From: an uncultured Clostridia bacterium
GTDB lineage: Bacteria; Bacillota; Clostridia; Christensenellales; UBA1242
Direction: 5' to 3'
NCBI GenBank assembly: GCA_944361835.1
Contig: CALVTI010000036.1
Coordinates: 1-33,899, forward strand
DNA: 33,899 bases
The notes beneath the pieces were generated by a model. It did no database searches, was not told where the DNA came from, and worked only from the letters and a program-made list of their open reading frames with translations. This document shows, one piece after another, positions 7,841-15,372 of the stretch (the first letter of the stretch is position 1; the number at the start of each line of letters is the position of its first letter). The translations under genes and the position numbers were made by a program.

Positions 7841-8506
7841 ATGAGCGACGAATTTAAGAAGAGTTCTAGTTTGTTTGATGGGAAAGGAGAACAAGAAGAC
7901 ATAGATTGGATAACAGTCAACGGGGCCCATATTCCAATAAAAGATGGACAGAGCGTTGAAGAGGCGATAAACGCAAAATTTGGAAAATCGAACTCAAATA
8001 GTTCAAATCTAAACAATTCAAGTTCTAATAAATACTGGGTTGAAAAGATTGACATAAACAATCCAAATGAAGTAAAATCCAAAATAACTGAAGCAATGGA
8101 CAGAATTGTCAAAAGCGGGGTTGAGCACCATATCGCTATAGATAGGGATGGTAATGTTTTTGAAAACGTTGGTGAGCTTGAGTATGTTGGAGATGTAGGG
8201 GCTGATTTAACAGATGGAATTGACCTTCATAATCATCTAGAGGACACCTCGTTTAGCAAAGACGATTTCGGTTTTTTCAGGGATAAAATTGGAACGGAAT
8301 TTATAAATGTGACACCGAGATATATCCATAGATTAAAAGTCTTAAAAGAGATTGATAAACCATATAATTATTTTTATATAAATGGGTTGATTGCTGACTC
8401 TGACCCTTTAGAGCAGGCGCATAACATTATGAACGTGTTGAAAAGAGAGGGATATGTCGAGTATGAAAGATTGGAGAGAAATACCGGAATGCAGGAAACT
8501 ACTTGA
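7841..8506 (+). CDS. Protein with the same N-terminal module as 5097-5486, plus a distinct C-terminal domain carrying an HxH...SxxD motif
   Basis: 221 aa. The N-terminal FDGKGEQEDIDWITVNGAHIPIKDGQS is paralogous to the 5097 product. An Asn/Ser linker follows. The C-terminal domain contains VEHHIAIDRDGNV and DLHNHLEDTSFSKDD. Confidence 0.6.
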   Translation: MSDEFKKSSSLFDGKGEQEDIDWITVNGAHIPIKDGQSVEEAINAKFGKSNSNSSNLNNSSSNKYWVEKIDINNPNEVKSKITEAMDRIVKSGVEHHIAIDRDGNVFENVGELEYVGDVGADLTDGIDLHNHLEDTSFSKDDFGFFRDKIGTEFINVTPRYIHRLKVLKEIDKPYNYFYINGLIADSDPLEQAHNIMNVLKREGYVEYERLERNTGMQETT

Positions 8507-8678
8507 TGAGCTTCTTATAAAATTAGATAATGTCCCGTCTAGACCAGGAGGGGAAGATTTCGCCGCAGAAAAGAAACGGCGAGAGATAGAGAGCATATAT
8601 TTGCCCAAAATTTGGGAGATTTACAAAAAGTATAAAGAACAGTATAGAGATGAAAAAGGTATAAAAGATAGCGAGTAA
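8454..8678 (+). CDS. Hypothetical protein
   Basis: 74-aa ORF with a GAGAGGG RBS. It overlaps the upstream CDS by 53 nt and is followed by a terminator. Confidence 0.45.
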   Translation: MSSMKDWREIPECRKLLDELLIKLDNVPSRPGGEDFAAEKKRREIESIYLPKIWEIYKKYKEQYRDEKGIKDSE

Positions 8679-8697
8679 AATAAACTCGCTTTTTTAT
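8670..8697 (+). terminator. Intrinsic terminator
   Basis: Stem AGCGAGT 8670-8676 pairs with ACTCGCT 8684-8690, followed by T6. Confidence 0.7.
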
Positions 8698-8796
8698 TGC
8701 AAAAAAGGTGCAAAAAATTACCATTTGGTGAAATAAATGGCTTTTTATGGGAAGCCTATAATACTTTTATAAAAATTTAGCAAAGAGGATTTAATT

Positions 8797-9261
8797 ATGG
8801 CAGAAACAATGCAAAAACTAAATGCTTTAGGGCAAGCTATTGAGCCTCATGCCAAAAACTCCGACAGGTATGGAGGAGGACAAATAGTCAATGTCACTTA
8901 TGGTCATCATGGCAGTGGCAAACTATACTCATATTACGGAAGAAACAAAAGAGTTGGGGATATCGTGACGCCAGAAGTGACTCACCCCAAAAGTGGCAAA
9001 ACATACAAGACTCTTGCAGTAGTTAGAAGCACCCACAACGCAGGGAAAGGCAAAGATACTGTGGACTACTTAGAAAGTAAAAATATTCCTCTTAAATATA
9101 TTGGAGACGCTGACCAAAAGAGTCTTCCGGGGTATTACAAAGGCTGGGATAAAGACGCTAAAGCTGCGCATGAGCTAAGACACGAGACTTTGACGAGAGA
9201 TGATATTCCCGAGATGCAAAAAATGTCTCTCTTGGGAGAGATAAATAAATTAAGGAGATAA
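8797..9261 (+). CDS. Hypothetical structural-module protein
   Basis: 154-aa ORF with an AAAGAGGA RBS. No motif recognised. Confidence 0.55.
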   Translation: MAETMQKLNALGQAIEPHAKNSDRYGGGQIVNVTYGHHGSGKLYSYYGRNKRVGDIVTPEVTHPKSGKTYKTLAVVRSTHNAGKGKDTVDYLESKNIPLKYIGDADQKSLPGYYKGWDKDAKAAHELRHETLTRDDIPEMQKMSLLGEINKLRR

Positions 9262-9265
9262 GAGT

Positions 9266-9832
9266 ATGCCTAAACTATATAAAGCGCCAGAGTACACAGA
9301 AGATGAAATAGAAGCTATGCAGGAAGATGAAATGAGTTTTCCTTACACTGATAAATACATGCGATATGACAGCGTAAAAAGGCAGTATGTCCCGACAGAA
9401 GAGCTTCTTTTAAAACATGGTGTAGATTTTAATAAATATCTTCTCAATGACCCTGTGAAAGTGGCAGAAGAGCTTGAGTATATAAGCGACCAAATATACA
9501 CGTATATAGCCAAGAGGAGCGGGTCAAATTCAAATGTTCTTAAATGGATAATTGCGAAGGGGGTCAGGAGAGGAATGACTCCTTTTCGTTTTAGGACTGC
9601 CTTTGAAGAAGCAATGTGGAAGCAAGCCATATTTTATTTAAATAATGGAGACCCTACTAAGAACACTGGATTAGACTTGGAACAAAAACAATGGCTAAAC
9701 AAAGATGTGCTTGAGAATGAAGACAGACAAATAGACCCTAGAGTCAAGGTCCTTTTGATGAACTTGGGACTGACTTGGCTCGGGAGCTATGATGACTGGT
9801 TTGGAGGCTTTGCTCTAAGTGAGGATTGGTAA
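9266..9832 (+). CDS. Hypothetical head-completion / connector-region protein
   Basis: 188-aa ORF with an AAGGAG RBS. The call is from position only. Confidence 0.5.
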   Translation: MPKLYKAPEYTEDEIEAMQEDEMSFPYTDKYMRYDSVKRQYVPTEELLLKHGVDFNKYLLNDPVKVAEELEYISDQIYTYIAKRSGSNSNVLKWIIAKGVRRGMTPFRFRTAFEEAMWKQAIFYLNNGDPTKNTGLDLEQKQWLNKDVLENEDRQIDPRVKVLLMNLGLTWLGSYDDWFGGFALSEDW

Positions 9833-10245
9833 TGAAGATAAAAGAATTTATTAATGAAGACAAAGTTTACGATAAAGTTGAGAATGAAATCAGGGAGTGG
9901 GTCGAGTCTACATATGGTGGGCTCTCAATAGAGTTTTACCCTCATCTAGAGCTCGTTAGGACAAATCGCCTTCTTGATTTTTCTAAGACTCAGGTAGAAA
10001 AAATTACAGAAGTAGTAAATATAAAAATTGGAGATATTTTAGAAAAGCATGCTGAAGAAATTTTTATAGCCGGCCGACTGGCAAAAATATGGAAAAGACA
10101 CCCTAGATTTAATATCGATGTCTCAAGCATAGAGGAGCTCAAAAGGCACCCTCTTTTTTTAAAGTATTTAAAAGAGCTGAGCTACAAGCCAAAAAATGTG
10201 ATGAATATACAGGATTATAGGAGGAAAGTAGAAGCAAATGGATAA
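9832..10245 (+). CDS. Hypothetical structural-module protein
   Basis: ATG 9832 overlaps the upstream TAA (TAATG). The track start at 9826 is a TTG. Confidence 0.5.
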   Translation: MKIKEFINEDKVYDKVENEIREWVESTYGGLSIEFYPHLELVRTNRLLDFSKTQVEKITEVVNIKIGDILEKHAEEIFIAGRLAKIWKRHPRFNIDVSSIEELKRHPLFLKYLKELSYKPKNVMNIQDYRRKVEANG

Positions 10246-11809
10246 TATCAACGACAAATATCTCGTGCCATTTTATCTAGGCAACGAGCTTCAGTCAGCA
10301 AGCTTTAGGCTGACTCAAAATGATAATACTTACATGCTAGCTTCTTCAAGATATTATCAATTTTATGCAAGCTACATAAGGCCTAGAACGGCCATGTATA
10401 GGGGGTGGATAGAGGGCTTTCACAACATAGAATTTGGAGTCATCCCTACGCTATTTTTGCAGAAAATTGGAGCGGGCATAATAAGCACAATCTTTGGCAA
10501 CCCGATAGTCTTAAATTCTAGCGATGCGACTTCAAACTATGTTTTGCAAAACCAATATAAAACGTCAAACTTTAATTCTGCAGTGAAAGAGGCGTATGGG
10601 TTTGCGTTAGACGGCGGTAGTAGCCTTATTAAATGGAATAAAGATGGCAGAAATCGCTTGAGAGCAGAGGCTATACCAATGGATAAATTTTTTGTCGAGG
10701 TGGACGCTTACGGAGAGATAGAAAAAGTCAAGTGTTTCATAGCATCTTACCATGATACAATTTCAGCAACTCAAGAGTATTATCTCTGTGAGGAAAGATT
10801 TTTTAGGTATAAGAATATTGGGGGAAAGCAAGTGCGCTTCCCTATGGTCCATTATTTAATATACAAGACTTCGTCCGACATTGCGTATGAGGCAACACCA
10901 TCGCCAAGCGATGCTCTAAAATGGGGAGACCTGCCATATGACGTCCAGCAAATGATAAAGCGTGATTATGGCGATATAGCTTTAGACTTTGCAGACAGAG
11001 AAAAGCTAAAAGTCTCTGAGATGTACGAGTTTTGTAAACTGCTTCCGTTTGATGACGACCTGGGCTGTCGCTTGATAAAATTTACAAGAAATATACCAGC
11101 TTTTCCAAAGCTCCCATTTGGCCAGCCTCTTGCTGATTTGCTGATGAACGAAAGCTATGCCTATGACCAGCTGAAATTTTTCGAAAGAATTGAGGTTTAT
11201 GTTTCCAGGGGCAGGGTGATGATGGATAAACAATATCAAAACCCAAATGATGTAGATAGCAGAAAAAGCATGTTAGACCCTTTAATTTTTACTTATTACA
11301 ATAGCATTGGGGGAGAGAGCGATGACAAAAAGCCACAGGGGCTTCAGCTTGAGCTTAGAGCTGATGCAATAAATAGGCAAAAGCAAAACATACTCAATGA
11401 TGCGGCTTTCTCTTTAAATCTATCCTCATCTACAATAGCAGCATGGCTTAGTGACGGCCAGACTCAAAAGACGGCCACAGAGATAGAGTATGAAAGGACT
11501 AAAACAACAGCCTTTATACATGACAAGATAGAAATAATACAACAACCTCTGCAAGAGTTTATAGACTTGTTCTTTCACTACTATAGCGCAACTTCGCCAG
11601 AACTTAACATTATGCCAGAAACCCAGACTATAAGGAGTGAAAGTATAAGGCTTTATAGCGAGCTTTATGAGAAGAAACAAATAACAGCTGAAATGCTGGC
11701 TAAGGAAATTCTTGGGACAAGCTCTATCAAAGAAATAAATGAGCTTGCAGAGTTTATCTCAAGTCAAAGGCAAGACGACCCCGAACCAAATGTAGGTGAA
11801 GCTATATGA
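10238..11809 (+). CDS. Probable portal protein
   Basis: This is the only roughly 500-aa non-fibre protein in the head module, and the size (523 aa) fits. It has a C-terminal ...QKTATEIEYE... helix-rich region. No search was run. Confidence 0.5.
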   Translation: MDNINDKYLVPFYLGNELQSASFRLTQNDNTYMLASSRYYQFYASYIRPRTAMYRGWIEGFHNIEFGVIPTLFLQKIGAGIISTIFGNPIVLNSSDATSNYVLQNQYKTSNFNSAVKEAYGFALDGGSSLIKWNKDGRNRLRAEAIPMDKFFVEVDAYGEIEKVKCFIASYHDTISATQEYYLCEERFFRYKNIGGKQVRFPMVHYLIYKTSSDIAYEATPSPSDALKWGDLPYDVQQMIKRDYGDIALDFADREKLKVSEMYEFCKLLPFDDDLGCRLIKFTRNIPAFPKLPFGQPLADLLMNESYAYDQLKFFERIEVYVSRGRVMMDKQYQNPNDVDSRKSMLDPLIFTYYNSIGGESDDKKPQGLQLELRADAINRQKQNILNDAAFSLNLSSSTIAAWLSDGQTQKTATEIEYERTKTTAFIHDKIEIIQQPLQEFIDLFFHYYSATSPELNIMPETQTIRSESIRLYSELYEKKQITAEMLAKEILGTSSIKEINELAEFISSQRQDDPEPNVGEAI

Positions 11810-12258
11810 TAAGAAAAATAAAGGTAGACAGACGTCTCGTCTTTGATTTTAGAGGTGATTGGGGACGAGTCTATAAAGAATACACATACTCTCCTGAAGA
11901 GCAAGAAAACGAACCCGAGACACTAATTCGATATGGTGAAAATCAGTACATTGATATGGGGCTAGACCTTCAAATTAAAAGGGTGAATGACGAGAGTCGC
12001 GCTAGAGAAATATTCTCTTCAAATTCTATGGGCGAAACAAGAGAGGTTGCTATCGAAACTACTGACTCCTATTGGGACGAAGAGGAACGAGAATATAACT
12101 GCGTTGTTTCCAGTGGGGATATAATTAAAATCGATAACCGCTTCTTTCTAGTAGGGGATATCGCAATTAAAATAAAATATGCTCCAGCCAAGTTAAAATA
12201 TTTTTACTTGAGTCTTAAGAGCATTAGAAAAGAGGAGATAAACTATGTTACAAAATGA
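11806..12258 (+). CDS. Hypothetical head-tail joining protein
   Basis: 150-aa ORF coupled between the portal candidate and the tail knob. Confidence 0.45.
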   Translation: MIRKIKVDRRLVFDFRGDWGRVYKEYTYSPEEQENEPETLIRYGENQYIDMGLDLQIKRVNDESRAREIFSSNSMGETREVAIETTDSYWDEEEREYNCVVSSGDIIKIDNRFFLVGDIAIKIKYAPAKLKYFYLSLKSIRKEEINYVTK

Positions 12259-14767
12259 CGCCGTGGCGGACTTCCTGACATCAAAATTTAATGAGGTCGC
12301 TGAGGAGAGAAATTTCCCTAAAAAATTCCTTATACATGATGGTGCATATTCTCACGACGACAACTCTGCATACATAAATGGAATTTTGACGCTTCAGTCG
12401 CCTGAAGTCAAGCCTATAATAAATTACTTTTGGGCCAAATGCACTTACTCACTTGAGTTTAATTTGTCGTTAAGTACGGGTTTTAATAGAATTAAAGATT
12501 TAAATAGCATAATAAGTGATGTTATCTCTAATATAAACGGTTTTCAGTTTGACTTGGGAGATGGCAGGGCAATTTTTAGTGTAAAGCTTCCAACTACAAC
12601 GGGCTTAGAGATAAGAAAGGTATTAGGACAGTCTGTTTTACCCAAATTGTCTATTGAGGTAGAATACTCATCAAATAGAGATGGGCTCAGGTACGAAATG
12701 GCTTTGATAGACAGCATATTTGATGATGGCTCGATAAACACAAGATGGTTCGCCTCACAAACAGAGCAACAAGCATATTACAACGAGAAAGTGGCAAATG
12801 GAGGCGCCCCTTATTGTGAGCTCATGACTCCAAATCTAAATAGTTTGACCTTGACTCAGCAAATGTATATCAACGACTTGAGATACTATCCCCCGGGGAC
12901 AGAAAATGTCTTAGACACTAATACTATATTACAAAAAAATTATGCCATAATCAGGGCGGTAGACAAGGATAATGTGCCCGTAAGCTACTATTATTACTAT
13001 GTCCAGTCAGCTGACCTAGGCCCAAACAATCAGCCCCTATTCTCTTTAAAAATGGACACTCTGCAGACCTTCTATTTTGACCCTGAAATAGTGTTTACAG
13101 ATTGCCTGATTGATAGGGCTCATGTAAATAGATTTCTCGACTATGGATTCAGCCATGCTAAACCTGCAGTTTGTTTTGATGGCTCAGCAGGTAGTTTGAT
13201 GTTTGAAAGTGAAGATTTGCCAAATTTGCCGAAGAGATTGACAAAAAGAACAAAGCTGTCTTTTGATTACACTGGCAACTATACGGCCAATAAATGGATT
13301 GAAGAAAATGTAGCATTTTGGATTTATGTATTTTTAGATAAGTCGCACCCATACAAAGTAAACGATTTATATGAAGAAAACACACTCATCGAATTACCTT
13401 CAAATTTTACCGAAAATTCTTTTTATTTTTCCAATGGAGGCATATATGCGTCCGAAACGGGAGTATTGTGTTGCCCTGTTATGAAAACAAATAACAATAT
13501 GATAGTCAGTTCATCAAAAGGTCCAGATTGGAATGCTGTGATAAGCGATAAAACTATTGAGACTTTCCGTGAAATGAACGAGGGGGTTAATAATTCATAC
13601 CTATATAATATAAAATTTTCACTACTTCCGCCGATAGATTTATCTATGGCCTCACTAGAAGTTATAGATGATGGGATTAGAAAGAACTTATATATATATG
13701 AAACAGAAACTGACCATTCAGAGTTGAGTATTGATACAAATACAAATCTTAAAACGATAATTCTAGGTCGAAACAGCGAAGGTAATATATTTAATAGTTA
13801 TGGCATGTTTACAGATATAAGTCAGAAAGTGCAGGATATAGAGAGCGAGGATTATTCACTTGAAGGAACTTTTATTTTTGCTAAAGAAGATATAATTTCC
13901 GCTACAAGACAGAAAAAATTCAACCCAAAACTTTTAAATAGCAACTTTAAAGAACTTGTGATAAGTGATTGGGCAGGGGGACGTTTTTCCTATGATATAC
14001 AAAAAATTAATTCAGAATCGATTAATTTTTTATACTCAGAACCAATACAGCCAGAAATTACAAAGTATTATGCAAGAATTAAAGGAGATGCAGGACTCTA
14101 TAGTGAAGCTGGGAACCAAAGTTTTATAGGGCTTGTGGGGAGTATAGACAATGGCTTAGCCATTGCAAATGAGGCATACAGTCAATTTCTAGCAAACAAT
14201 AAGAACTTTTGGCTACAAAGTAATTTTACTATTGCAGCGCAGGCTATAACAGGAACAATAGATGGCGCAAAGAGCGGAGCAGAAACGGGGGCCGTTGGAG
14301 GTCCTACAGGGGCAATAGCAGGGGCTATAGCTGGTGGAGTTCAAAGCCTTACTACACCTATTCTTTCTATTATTAATAGAGGATTTACAATTGACAATAT
14401 GAAAAACTCGCCAGCATCTTTAAAAAATGCAAACGGGAATGTAATATTTAATATGTATATAAATGATTTAGGGATATATATAGAAGAATATGAGGCATTG
14501 GAGCATGAAATAAATGTTATAGATGATTTCATGTACAAAAACGGTTTTATAGTAAATAAGCTTGGAAATATCAGAGATTACGACAATATAAGAAAATATT
14601 TTAACTATGTTCAAGCGGAAATCGAAACAATAAATGGAGTTTCGCTTTCAAATAATGCTAGAGAAGACCTCAGGCAAAGATTTAGAAATGGCGTGAGATT
14701 TTGGAACAGCGACAACATCCAATATAATTTGGAAAACTATGAAAATTGGTTAGAAGACATCAACTGA
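12245..14767 (+). CDS. Tail knob / distal tail tube protein, phi29 gp9-like, with an N-terminal extension of about 140 aa
   Basis: Three segments resemble the phi29 gp9 sequence as I recall it. TRWFASQTEQQAYYNEK matches TRWFTSSSNQYNWFNSK. The Gly/Ala-rich loop GAKSGAETGAVGGPTGAIAGAIAGG matches the pore-forming loop. The C-terminal FNYVQAEIETINGVSLSNNAREDLRQRFRNGVRFWNSDNIQYNLENYE matches [47 protein letters not shown]. Confidence 0.7.
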   Translation: MLQNDAVADFLTSKFNEVAEERNFPKKFLIHDGAYSHDDNSAYINGILTLQSPEVKPIINYFWAKCTYSLEFNLSLSTGFNRIKDLNSIISDVISNINGFQFDLGDGRAIFSVKLPTTTGLEIRKVLGQSVLPKLSIEVEYSSNRDGLRYEMALIDSIFDDGSINTRWFASQTEQQAYYNEKVANGGAPYCELMTPNLNSLTLTQQMYINDLRYYPPGTENVLDTNTILQKNYAIIRAVDKDNVPVSYYYYYVQSADLGPNNQPLFSLKMDTLQTFYFDPEIVFTDCLIDRAHVNRFLDYGFSHAKPAVCFDGSAGSLMFESEDLPNLPKRLTKRTKLSFDYTGNYTANKWIEENVAFWIYVFLDKSHPYKVNDLYEENTLIELPSNFTENSFYFSNGGIYASETGVLCCPVMKTNNNMIVSSSKGPDWNAVISDKTIETFREMNEGVNNSYLYNIKFSLLPPIDLSMASLEVIDDGIRKNLYIYETETDHSELSIDTNTNLKTIILGRNSEGNIFNSYGMFTDISQKVQDIESEDYSLEGTFIFAKEDIISATRQKKFNPKLLNSNFKELVISDWAGGRFSYDIQKINSESINFLYSEPIQPEITKYYARIKGDAGLYSEAGNQSFIGLVGSIDNGLAIANEAYSQFLANNKNFWLQSNFTIAAQAITGTIDGAKSGAETGAVGGPTGAIAGAIAGGVQSLTTPILSIINRGFTIDNMKNSPASLKNANGNVIFNMYINDLGIYIEEYEALEHEINVIDDFMYKNGFIVNKLGNIRDYDNIRKYFNYVQAEIETINGVSLSNNAREDLRQRFRNGVRFWNSDNIQYNLENYENWLEDIN

Positions 14768-15245
14768 AATAAGTTATTTCATAAGCATCAGTGGCAACCC
14801 TTTTGCTAATAAGCATATAGTTGTTGTCGTACTCGCTCCCGTAAATCTTTTCATAATATTTAATTTCTAATGTGTTAGAATCAATTATTTTCACGCTTGT
14901 GTAATAGAGTTGTATATAATTCACAGTTACTTTTGTTATTGTGTCGCCGTAAACCGAAAAATATAAAACATCATCTTCTTTTACATCTGGGATATTTGAT
15001 TTGTCAATGGAGATATCATCGTGAAGTAGGGTGTTATTTGAAATAATAAGACCTTCGTGCTCTTCTGCTGAAATGCCTATCCTTTCTTTTATATCCATTT
15101 GGTATACAGAATAAATATACTCGTTAGTGTTCCCTATAGAGTATCTCACGCAATACACATTTGTAAAACCTGTGTCGCAACCGCCAAAGGCTAGGGCAGA
15201 ACAAGCTAGAAGCATGAGGCATAAAATAATACTCAACTTTTTCAT
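14760..15245 (-). CDS. Secreted lipoprotein encoded as an opposite-strand moron
   Basis: 161 aa. The signal peptide MKKLSIILCLMLLACSALAFGGC ends in a lipobox-like Cys. The RBS is AAGGAG 5 nt before the ATG. It is the only minus-strand gene in the structural region, and its 3' end overlaps the knob gene's 3' end by 8 bp. Confidence 0.7.
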   Translation of the reverse strand: MKKLSIILCLMLLACSALAFGGCDTGFTNVYCVRYSIGNTNEYIYSVYQMDIKERIGISAEEHEGLIISNNTLLHDDISIDKSNIPDVKEDDVLYFSVYGDTITKVTVNYIQLYYTSVKIIDSNTLEIKYYEKIYGSEYDNNYMLISKRVATDAYEITYFS

Positions 15246-15315
15246 AAGTACTCCTTATGAAAAGAATACAACAAACATGTACTAAAAGCAAAAGGAAAAA
15301 CTATATTTTTTCTAC

Positions 15316-15337
15316 CACAGCCTTGGCTGTGTTTTTA
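15316..15337 (+). terminator. Hairpin plus T-run on the + strand upstream of the fibre gene
   Basis: CACAGC CTTG GCTGTG at 15316-15331, followed by TTTTT. Confidence 0.45.
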
Positions 15338-15372
15338 TATATACAAATTTTTTAAGGAGGTTTGTTCGAGGA

